DNA of 64,000 nucleotides from Oligoflexia bacterium (GTDB lineage Bacteria; Bdellovibrionota; UBA1018): NCBI GenBank assembly GCA_963758495.1, contig CAVWVI010000003.1, positions 1,152,001 to 1,216,000 of the forward strand, read 5' to 3'. Shown piece by piece: positions 55,819 to 64,000 of this stretch (position 1 is its first letter; each line of letters starts with the position of its first letter). The notes under the pieces were generated by a model. It saw only the letters and a program-made list of their open reading frames with translations, ran no database searches and was not told where the DNA came from. The position numbers and the translations under genes were made by a program.

Positions 55819-57097
55819 TTCTGGATTTTTGATAGGCTAACAATACGGCCTCTTCAAATGTGCCTACTAAATAGGTTTCAGCGAAATCACCAATCGCCCG
55901 ATTAATCTTTTCCTTTGCTTCACCCAGTAAAATTAAAATCTTACACTTTTTTCTCACGAGATCCACTAAAGGCGCAAAATCCATCCCCTTATCTTTGCCT
56001 CCAGCAATCAAGATAATAGGGTTCATATTAAATGAGGCCAAACTTCGTTGCACACTCATGACATTCGTACCCTTGGAATCATTAAAGAAAAAGACTCCGT
56101 CTTTTTTTCTAATAAATTCAAGTCGATGAGGCACTCCTTTGAAGCTATTGATTACGCTCTGAATTGCTTTTGAGGAGACGCCCATCACACGCACTGCGCA
56201 AATGGCAGCCATCAAATTTTCTTTGTTATGTTCTCCAAAAAGTCTGAAGGCAGAAAGGTCATAAGACTCTTCTTTGCCCATCACTTTGACAGTAATTTTT
56301 TTCTCAGTCGAATGATAATAAGATCCACAGAATTCTTCTGCAAAGGTGCCCCCAATCGACATAGGGTCCCGTTTTGTAAACCAAAGTAATTTTCCGACGT
56401 TTTCTTCTTTAAACCGCTGAACCGCCATACTATCGTAATTCAGTATGACAAAACTATTTCGATCACAGACCTTCAGAAGCTTCTTTTTGGCTTGAACATA
56501 GGATTGCATATCTCCGTAGCGATCCAGGTGATCTTCTTCCAAATTAGTAAAAACTGCGACAGCAGGAACTAACTTCTCGGTGAGTTCTAGTTGAAAACTA
56601 GAAAGCTCCGCTACTACCACTTCAGCCTTTTGTCCTTCAGTCACATAATCCAGGAGTGGCTTACCAATATTACCCCCCAGAAAAATAGCTTTTCCATCCG
56701 CCTTAAACATTTCTGCGATCAAAGTAGCGGTTGTTGTTTTACCATTTGTGCCAGTAACGGCAATCAGGGGTTCTTTAATTGCCGCAACGGCGAGCTCAAC
56801 CTCACTCGTAATGGGAATATTTTTCTCCCGTGCTTCTTCTAAAGGCTTGATATTTAAACTGACTCCGGGACTCACAACAATCAACTCGGCACTTTCGAAG
56901 GTTTTACCGTTGTGCTTTCCAAACTCATATTCAATTTTCAAGTCAGCACACGCATGAACAGAATCCATGAGTTCGTTCTTTTGCTTCGCATCTACAACCG
57001 TAACGCGCGCACCCTGTTTAACCATATACTTGGCAACAGCAACCCCTGAGACTCCAAAACCAACAACCAAAACTTTTTTACCTTTATACTTACTCAT
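55715..57097 (-). CDS. murD: UDP-MurNAc-L-Ala-D-Glu ligase
   Basis: VTGTNGKTT, ELSSFQL, NDSKGTN, LSPGCASYD. Confidence 0.98.
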   Translation of the reverse strand: MSKYKGKKVLVVGFGVSGVAVAKYMVKQGARVTVVDAKQKNELMDSVHACADLKIEYEFGKHNGKTFESAELIVVSPGVSLNIKPLEEAREKNIPITSEVELAVAAIKEPLIAVTGTNGKTTTATLIAEMFKADGKAIFLGGNIGKPLLDYVTEGQKAEVVVAELSSFQLELTEKLVPAVAVFTNLEEDHLDRYGDMQSYVQAKKKLLKVCDRNSFVILNYDSMAVQRFKEENVGKLLWFTKRDPMSIGGTFAEEFCGSYYHSTEKKITVKVMGKEESYDLSAFRLFGEHNKENLMAAICAVRVMGVSSKAIQSVINSFKGVPHRLEFIRKKDGVFFFNDSKGTNVMSVQRSLASFNMNPIILIAGGKDKGMDFAPLVDLVRKKCKILILLGEAKEKINRAIGDFAETYLVGTFEEAVLLAYQKSRSGDIILLSPGCASYDMFKNYEERGDYFKKLVSQL

Positions 57098-57115
57098 AAG
57101 AAAATAATATTTCCC

Positions 57116-58192
57116 CTATCTCAGTTTTAGAGTCGAAAGTGTGATCAACGATAATAGGATCGAAATAATCCAAAACCTGACAATCACCTTCGGTTCTGCC
57201 CACCCCTTCAATTCAAAGTGATGATGGATAGGTGCCATTTTTAGGACCCGCTTACCAGTCATTTTGAATGATACCACTTGCGCCATTACGGAAAGAGCTT
57301 CAACTACAAAAACTCCCCCACACAGTGCAAGCAAGATTTCATTTTTTGTAATCACTGCCACCACTGCCAATGCAGCTCCTAATGCAAGGGACCCCACATC
57401 ACCCATAAAAACTTGCGCCGGATAGGTATTAAACCAAAGAAATCCTAAACAGGAAGCTGCGACACTTCCACAAAAAACGGCTAATTCTCCTGCACCCGAA
57501 ATATAGGGAATTTGTAAATATTCCGCAATTTTTACATGCCCAGCACAATAAGCCAGAATCAGAAAAGTAGCAGAAGTCGTCATGGTGGGACCCACTGCTA
57601 AACCATCTAGCCCATCCGTTAAATTCACGGCATTAGAAGCCCCGACAATGACAAAAGCAGCAAACGGGATAAAAAATGCACCTAAATAAAAAGACCACTC
57701 TTTAAAAAATGGAAATTTAAGCACAGGGGGAGTATCCCGCATCATATAAATCACATAGGCCGTACCTAGAGCAATCATTGTTTGGCCCAGTAGCTTTTGC
57801 TTGCCTGACAATCCTTTGGGATTTTTTTGGACAACCTTGCGATAATCATCGATGTAGCCCACCACCCCAAATAAAGCTGTCGTAATGATCGCTACCCATA
57901 TATTTTTATTGGTTAAATCAGACCAAAGCAGGGTTGGAATTATAATTGCGATCAGAAGCAATCCCCCCCCCATCGTAGGGGTTCCCTTCTTGGTCAGGTG
58001 GCTCTTTGGACCGTCATCCCGTATCGCTTGACCCATCTGTTTTCGTTGTAATAATCGAATATAGGCGGGGCCAATCAACATACATAACAAAACGCTGGTA
58101 ATGCTCGCCCCAAACGTTCGAAATGAAATATATTTAAACACATTAAAAAATGTGTGTTTGAGGTGTAACGGATATAGAAAATGGAAGAGCAT
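57116..58192 (-). CDS. mraY: Phospho-MurNAc-pentapeptide transferase
   Basis: KKGTPTMGG, NAVNLTDGLDGL, FMGDVGS, APIHHHFE. Confidence 0.98.
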   Translation of the reverse strand: MLFHFLYPLHLKHTFFNVFKYISFRTFGASITSVLLCMLIGPAYIRLLQRKQMGQAIRDDGPKSHLTKKGTPTMGGGLLLIAIIIPTLLWSDLTNKNIWVAIITTALFGVVGYIDDYRKVVQKNPKGLSGKQKLLGQTMIALGTAYVIYMMRDTPPVLKFPFFKEWSFYLGAFFIPFAAFVIVGASNAVNLTDGLDGLAVGPTMTTSATFLILAYCAGHVKIAEYLQIPYISGAGELAVFCGSVAASCLGFLWFNTYPAQVFMGDVGSLALGAALAVVAVITKNEILLALCGGVFVVEALSVMAQVVSFKMTGKRVLKMAPIHHHFELKGWAEPKVIVRFWIISILLSLITLSTLKLR

Positions 58193-58224
58193 GACGTGAT
58201 GCTACAGATTTTTAAAAGCCCGTG

Positions 58225-59700
58225 TCAAGCTTTGCCTGAATTCTGTAGAGAAAAAGCGTGTACCACAACCTCTCGGTCATCAAAATGGATCTTTTTCGTC
58301 CCTAATATCTGATAATCTTCATGTCCCTTCCCAGCTATCAAAACTAAATCACCTGATTTTGCTAATTGGATGGCCTTATAGATAGCCTGAGCTCGATCGA
58401 CCTCTACAGTAAAATTTTGATGCCCTTGGGTTCCCTCAAGGATTTCTTTAATAATAACCATGGGATCCTCCGTCCTTGGGTTATCGGAGGTAATAAATAC
58501 GTAATCAGACCCTTCCACTGCGGCTTTTCCCATCATGGGGCGCTTTTTCCGATCCCTATCTCCTCCACAGCCAAATACGGTAATCAATTGATGATTACCT
58601 TGAATCTCTGCCAGGGACTGGATTACTTTTTCAAGCGCATCTGGCTTATGGGCATAATCGACCCAAACATGAACTCCGTGGTCATTCTCTACGCGCTCAA
58701 GTCGCCCTGGGACACCTGGAAGGTTTGCAATTCCTTTCTCAATCAGTCTTGGGTTTAGCTTTAAGGCTTGAGCTAGAGTCACTGCCGCTGCAATATTAGA
58801 ACAATTAAACTGCCCTGTGAGCGGAGACTGAATTAAAATCCCGTTTACTTCCCCATGAATTCCCTGAAGACTCGATTGAAGTGTCTCACCCTGTTGAAAT
58901 TCGAAAATTTGTGAAGCTTTCTGTGATGACCCGAGCTCCTGAATCAGTCGCTTCCCATATGGATCTTCAGAATTGATTACAGCCACAGGTTGTTTTGCTT
59001 TTTGAATTGCAAAAGCCGTTAATTCTTTAAATAAAATCGATTTGGACTGAAAATAATCTTCCATATCAGGATGAAAATCGAGGTGTTCTGGAGACAAGTT
59101 AGTGAATACCATCCCGTCAAACGCAATAGAATCTACTCTTTTTTGTTTAAGGGCATGAGAAGAGACCTCCATGACCACTGCAGTACACCCTGCACTTTTC
59201 ATCATTGACAGAAGATGCTGCAATTCTACCGCTCCAGGCGTGGTGTGAGTGGAGGGGAAAATTTGAGAACCGAACCTAAAATTAACCGTCCCGAGAACTC
59301 CTACCTGATGTCCAGATGCCAAGAGAATGGACTCGATCAGATAAGTGGTTGTGGTTTTCCCACTCGTCCCCGTTACTGCGATACAAAGCATGGATTCGGA
59401 AGGGTTCCCATAAAAAGCAGCTGCAAGTCTTGCAAGAGTCGCTCGTCCATCAGATACCTGCAAATAGGGAACTGTCAGTGTTTGAGGCTTAGGCTGTTCG
59501 CCTAGAATCAGGATTGCACCTTGGTTTTCTACACTATCCAAAAACTGGTGCCCGTCGTTTGCCGTCCCTCGAATTGCTACAAAAACCGAACCCGGTACGA
59601 CTTCTCTGGAATCAGACGTCACGTTCACTACGACCTGATTCAGAAGGGATTCGTCCAAGTCATGGGTAAATTCGATCAATTCGCGAATAGTGTTTTTCAT
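58225..59700 (-). CDS. murE: UDP-MurNAc-dipeptide-meso-DAP ligase
   Basis: TGTSGKTT, MEVSSH, DYAH, GCGGDRD, DNPR (DAP specificity). Confidence 0.97.
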   Translation of the reverse strand: MKNTIRELIEFTHDLDESLLNQVVVNVTSDSREVVPGSVFVAIRGTANDGHQFLDSVENQGAILILGEQPKPQTLTVPYLQVSDGRATLARLAAAFYGNPSESMLCIAVTGTSGKTTTTYLIESILLASGHQVGVLGTVNFRFGSQIFPSTHTTPGAVELQHLLSMMKSAGCTAVVMEVSSHALKQKRVDSIAFDGMVFTNLSPEHLDFHPDMEDYFQSKSILFKELTAFAIQKAKQPVAVINSEDPYGKRLIQELGSSQKASQIFEFQQGETLQSSLQGIHGEVNGILIQSPLTGQFNCSNIAAAVTLAQALKLNPRLIEKGIANLPGVPGRLERVENDHGVHVWVDYAHKPDALEKVIQSLAEIQGNHQLITVFGCGGDRDRKKRPMMGKAAVEGSDYVFITSDNPRTEDPMVIIKEILEGTQGHQNFTVEVDRAQAIYKAIQLAKSGDLVLIAGKGHEDYQILGTKKIHFDDREVVVHAFSLQNSGKA

Positions 59701-61700
59701 GGTTCTGACAGTATTAATCGAATAGTACCCCCTTCTGCAATCACCTTTCCCTCATCTGGAAGTTGAGAAGAAACGACACCGGTACCTGTCATCTGAAGAT
59801 CGAATTTATGTCCTTGAAATACTCGAACTATTTCTCGAGGTGCCAAGCCCTTCAGTGACGGCATGACCCATCCAGCCCCCTCCTGACGTCGCAATTTAAT
59901 TTCTGTGTCAAAAGTCACAGCAGATCGTGTCAGTTTCAATTTATCTTTTACAAAACGACCGGCCAAAATCTGGGCGGGATCTACTCTAAAAGGAAGACCA
60001 CAACGATTAGCAACAGAATTCAAAACTTCTTTAAAAAGGGGGACTGCTGTCTCAGAAGCATAGTAAACGCCATGTGGCTCGACAAGCGATGTAAAGATCA
60101 CTATTTTAGGTTCAACATCGACTGCAAACCCAATAAATGAAGAGATGTACTTTTCTCGAGAATATTTGCCAGTGACAGAATCAACCATTTGAGCGGTCCC
60201 TGTTTTGCCTGCAACTCTATAGCCTGGAAGTGTGGCTTTTACCCCCGTTCCGCCTTCTTCTGTCACCGTCTCGAGAGCTTCGAGAACTTGACTACTCACC
60301 CTTTGAGAAAAAACTCGAAGAGGAAACTGAGACGATGCATCATTAGATATTTTTTTCAGTAAAGTAGGCTGAACTAACCACCCCCCATTGAGAATGGCTG
60401 CATAGGCTCTCGTCATTTGCAACGGGGTCGCTAAAATACCTTGGCCAAATCCAATATTTGCCAAAGTGAGTGGCCTCCACTCCTTTCGGTTCGGAATTTT
60501 ACCAGATATTTCCCCTGGAAACCCTAATCCTGATTTAGCCCCCAATCCAAATGAACGAAGGGTTTTCAAATAACGATCCGCTCCGAGCTTCATAGCCACT
60601 TTCGCGGCTGCCACATTACTTGAAACTTGGATCATTTTCTTTAAACTCACCCACTCAAATTTTTCTTTCGCTTCCGCTTCGGAAATCCGATGCCCCTGAA
60701 CAAGAAATGATCCTCGCTCCGCCCACACTTGATCCGACAATTTCCAGCCATTTGAAAGTGCGCTCGTGATTAACATTGCTTTCAAAGTGGAACCTGGCTC
60801 GTATCCATCTGTCACGGCTCGATTACGCCGACGATCAGGGGAAACTCCCTTCTCGTTAGCATTGAAAGCTGGCTCATTGGCCATTGCAAGGATTTCTCCG
60901 TTTTCTGCATTCATGGCAATCACAGTTCCGCTCCGAGATCCGGTTCGATGAACTGCGTTTCTCAGTTCTTGTTCCACTTCAAACTGAAGTGAGGAATCAA
61001 TAGTTAAAGTAATCGGTTCTCCATCCTGGACACTATTTGCAGCAACAGCATCGATAAATGTCGGCCTTCCGAGAGCGTCTTTAATAGCTGAAATAGAGGC
61101 TACTTTGCCGCGTAGCTTTTCATTCATCCAAAGCTCAACACCTTCTAAGCCTTCTAAATCGACATTCACATCCCCCAAAATATGCGAAGCCAATTGCCCA
61201 TGTGGATACACCCGTTCATTTTCTTTCACCAACCAAAGACCCTCGATGAGATCTCCATCTTCATCCATGACACGCCATTTTTTAAACCGTTTCAGCTCAA
61301 GCTCACTCAGATGCCTTTTAATCCATACAAACTCACGAGGTTCGTTTAATTTCTGCAAAATTTTACTCAAGCTCAGGTCAGTGGATCGACCTAAGAGACG
61401 GGCTAACACTTTTTTATTCTTAATTTTGCTAGGATTGGCAGCTAAACTACTTGTTTCTACATTCACCGCAAGTGGCTTTAAGTTACGATCCAATAACGCA
61501 CCTCTTCGGGGCCGGATCAAAGCATGACCTTGAAATTGGCGACGGGCCATGGTTTCTAAACGAGTATTTCCCAATAGCTGAATATAAGCGGCTCGCACTA
61601 ATAGCGAAAGAGCGGCTATGACACAAAAGAGCATCAATGCGATCAATCGTGCCTTAGTGGAATAATTCAAAGTTTGTTTTAGACTCAATTCATGGATCAT
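59697..61700 (-). CDS. ftsI: Penicillin-binding protein 3 with C-terminal PASTA-like domain
   Basis: EPGSTLK (SxxK), SSN, KTGTAQ. Confidence 0.95.
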   Translation of the reverse strand: MIHELSLKQTLNYSTKARLIALMLFCVIAALSLLVRAAYIQLLGNTRLETMARRQFQGHALIRPRRGALLDRNLKPLAVNVETSSLAANPSKIKNKKVLARLLGRSTDLSLSKILQKLNEPREFVWIKRHLSELELKRFKKWRVMDEDGDLIEGLWLVKENERVYPHGQLASHILGDVNVDLEGLEGVELWMNEKLRGKVASISAIKDALGRPTFIDAVAANSVQDGEPITLTIDSSLQFEVEQELRNAVHRTGSRSGTVIAMNAENGEILAMANEPAFNANEKGVSPDRRRNRAVTDGYEPGSTLKAMLITSALSNGWKLSDQVWAERGSFLVQGHRISEAEAKEKFEWVSLKKMIQVSSNVAAAKVAMKLGADRYLKTLRSFGLGAKSGLGFPGEISGKIPNRKEWRPLTLANIGFGQGILATPLQMTRAYAAILNGGWLVQPTLLKKISNDASSQFPLRVFSQRVSSQVLEALETVTEEGGTGVKATLPGYRVAGKTGTAQMVDSVTGKYSREKYISSFIGFAVDVEPKIVIFTSLVEPHGVYYASETAVPLFKEVLNSVANRCGLPFRVDPAQILAGRFVKDKLKLTRSAVTFDTEIKLRRQEGAGWVMPSLKGLAPREIVRVFQGHKFDLQMTGTGVVSSQLPDEGKVIAEGGTIRLILSEP

Positions 61701-62013
61701 TGTTATTATGAAGTGTAGCCAATGATGGATTATAATCCATAATTTCTGATTTTTTAAGATGAACAATTTGTTCCATCTTGGGTTGCGACAACCCGTATTT
61801 TGTCCGCGCTAATATTTCCAACCTGCGAGGAGAACGCAACGCAGCAACTTTTAATTGAAGATCTTCGCGATCACGTCGAGCGGTATCCATGATCCTCTCT
61901 GTTTGATGAATAGAATACGATGTCCGAATGATGGTCAGGCGAAGCCAAACCGTCCCTATTGAAAATGCTATGAATACAGGAACAACCCAAATGGGTATCC
62001 ATTTTTTCAACAT
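61690..62013 (-). CDS. ftsL: Cell division protein FtsL
   Basis: TM plus coiled coil LRSPRRLEILA...GL..P; overlaps the ftsI start. Confidence 0.8.
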   Translation of the reverse strand: MLKKWIPIWVVPVFIAFSIGTVWLRLTIIRTSYSIHQTERIMDTARRDREDLQLKVAALRSPRRLEILARTKYGLSQPKMEQIVHLKKSEIMDYNPSLATLHNNNDP

Positions 62014-62212
62014 TCTTCTATTGAATGTGATTTTAAATTAATATCAATGAATTTATTCTGCATTAACTATAAAAATAAGGCAAAAATCTTCGCTATATCT
62101 AATTGATATTATTTATAATTATTAATTTATTAGTTTTACTTTCATTTTTAGGTATTTTTCTTTAATATCCTAATAGGAAAGCTCGGTTCTTTAAATCAGA
62201 GGAAACCCCCAT

Positions 62213-62668
62213 ATGCCGTTACTCGAAAAGCGACTGCACCGATCTCATCGAGGAGATAAAAAATTACGACAAAATGACTTTGGCATCATGGTTGGTTTTA
62301 ATTCAACAAAGGCATCAGAAGCCCTCGCAGATGGGTTACGGTACTTGAAAGACCACTGGAATTGGAACGGCTCTAAGATCGCTCGAGTTCTCCATCTTTC
62401 TCCAACCACGATCAATGGCTGGATGCGACGAGGGACCATACCGCTTTCAGGTAAAAATATTACTCCAGAAATTGAAGCAGTGATTCATCTTCTTGCTGTT
62501 CATCGGAATTTAGCTTCCATGTTTAGTGAGCCATTCCACCAATTAGAATGGTTGACAACTTCACATCCCGACCTAGGGATTGCACCGCTTAATAAGATGT
62601 CAGAATCCTTAGCTGGACTCATCCATGTACGTCAGTATCTAGACTTTGTGCGAGGTCGCGGCGCATGA
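62213..62668 (+). CDS. Xre/MbcA/ParS-type antitoxin
   Basis: N-terminal HTH; C-terminal EWLTTSHPDLGIAPL...VRQYLDFVRG; ATGA overlap with the RES gene. Confidence 0.85.
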   Translation: MPLLEKRLHRSHRGDKKLRQNDFGIMVGFNSTKASEALADGLRYLKDHWNWNGSKIARVLHLSPTTINGWMRRGTIPLSGKNITPEIEAVIHLLAVHRNLASMFSEPFHQLEWLTTSHPDLGIAPLNKMSESLAGLIHVRQYLDFVRGRGA

Positions 62669-63324
62669 TTGAGGTCTATCGAATCGCAGAAGATCAAGCA
62701 AAACTAACAAGCTACAAAATAACCCAAGACGTAGAAAAAGCCATTCAATTGGAAATGCTGATTGACTTAACCAAACCCTCAATGCCCCACCAAGATTGGC
62801 ATGATCTTATTGCCACACCATTCCGATATGACTTGCCGGTATTGCCTAAATTTCAAGCGCGATTTAGACCTCCCTACTTTTTGAAGAATATCTTTTATTC
62901 ATCTGCTGCTCTCGAAACAGCTCTCTACGAGTGCTCCTATCATATGATGCGACAACGCATTCATCTCCAAACTGGAAAACGTCGAGTCAAAAACGAAACG
63001 GGTACGAGAACAGGATTTTCCGTCAACGCAGATGACTCAAAAGCAGTGCGTATTCACCTGTATCCAAATTTGGCGGCGATTTTGAATAAGTCCGACTATT
63101 CTTCATCACATACCTTGGTGAAGTCAAACCCACAAATTGACTTTATTATCTACCCATCAGTAAGGGATCCTCAGCATCGGGACAACATGGCGATCATGGA
63201 TATTACTTATTTATCACGCCAAATAAACAATGAGAGACAACTGAGTTTCTTTTACGACTACAAAAAGAAAATCGTTACATGGATTAATGCGGGTCTAGCA
63301 ATCACATGGAAAAATATGGGTTAA
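62665..63324 (+). CDS. RES-domain toxin (putative NAD+-acting)
   Basis: TPFRY...RF, FYSS...TALYE, Y..S, IIYPSVRD. Confidence 0.85.
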   Translation: MIEVYRIAEDQAKLTSYKITQDVEKAIQLEMLIDLTKPSMPHQDWHDLIATPFRYDLPVLPKFQARFRPPYFLKNIFYSSAALETALYECSYHMMRQRIHLQTGKRRVKNETGTRTGFSVNADDSKAVRIHLYPNLAAILNKSDYSSSHTLVKSNPQIDFIIYPSVRDPQHRDNMAIMDITYLSRQINNERQLSFFYDYKKKIVTWINAGLAITWKNMG

Positions 63325-63327
63325 ATC

Positions 63328-63363
63328 GGCACTTTCGATCTTGAGTAAATCCAAATACTTCCT
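63328..63363 (-). repeat. Diverged copy (32/36) of the Fic gene 3' end (63784-63819)
   Basis: 20-bp exact core AGTAAATCCAAATACTTCCT at 63344 and 63800. Confidence 0.8.
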
Positions 63364-63780
63364 GGACGCGCCGCATTTTCTGTAAGCAGCATTTTAGCGA
63401 GGCCGGAACCTTGCCCGCGGAACGTGCACTCGTGTACGATTACAAAGCGCTTCAGCGATATTCTTCCTGAAATGTAAAGTAAACTGCCCAACCAGCGGGT
63501 GGTACCCCTACTTTCTTCACTAATTCGATAATTTGGCCAGCAAGCATATGAAAAACAGAGCACATACTAAACTTTATATAAATACTAAATCCAATATCCC
63601 GGACATCACCACTCCTCACCTCTCACTACCCCAAACCTCCAACACAGAATAAAACGAGGCACCTCCTCCTTGGCAAGCCGGATTGCGGTCTCGTTTTATT
63701 GCAAAGACGTCTCTCGTCAGTGTCTCACCCGCCAAAATAAGCCCCCCATTAAGTCGCTCGGAGTGCCTGGGGCATGACCT

Positions 63781-63999
63781 TTAGGTACCTTCGGTCTTTA
63801 GTAAATCCAAATACTTCCTATATCCGAAAATACGGTTTCGTTTAGACCTCGATGTTTGTTTCAAGATTCCATTATTGATCAAGATATCTATAGCTTTTGC
63901 GGCTGTTGGCTTTGTCGTATCTAGTAAGTCTACCACTTGGTTCACTGTGATCACTGGGTGATTCGGTAACAATTCAAAGAGACGAATTGCAGGGACAAC
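63781..63999 (-). CDS. Fic-family protein, C-terminal wHTH (5'-partial)
   Basis: Frame open to the window end; P.ITV...TKPTA.KAI..L...GIL..T...RNR.F.Y..YLDLL typical of Fic C-termini; the Fic motif is outside the window. Confidence 0.7.
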   Translation of the reverse strand, partial: VVPAIRLFELLPNHPVITVNQVVDLLDTTKPTAAKAIDILINNGILKQTSRSKRNRIFGYRKYLDLLKTEGT

Positions 64000-64000
64000 A

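Overview
Bacterial chromosomal window, most likely Bdellovibrionota/Oligoflexia-like (inferred from mglA beside recR without mglB, a serine palmitoyltransferase, and FliA/sigma54 promoter motifs). Housekeeping blocks are lpxC-ruvBAC, murA-prmC-prfA-rpmE-rho, dnaX-recR-mglA-dksA, an interrupted dcw cluster and tRNA-Pro(GGG). The main find is in an accessory region at about 11.5-25.1 kb. It holds a translationally coupled pair of large signal-peptide proteins: one ends in a RING-H2 finger (E3-ligase-like), the other in a complete USP/C19 deubiquitinase domain that is hidden by a +1 frameshift inside its Cys box. Together they form a candidate exported ubiquitin writer/eraser module. Two tandem Sel1 + FGE-sulfatase (C-lectin fold) gene copies follow, each with a different toxin-antitoxin pair, and the 3' end of the HIT gene is duplicated. 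Also present: an spt + ceramide-synthase-like GNAT pair, an ATPase-nuclease with twin operator palindromes, four TA pairs and TA/Fic remnants. Four separate +1 frameshifts (including one in rho) suggest some breaks are assembly indels. All calls are from reading motifs by eye; no database searches were run.
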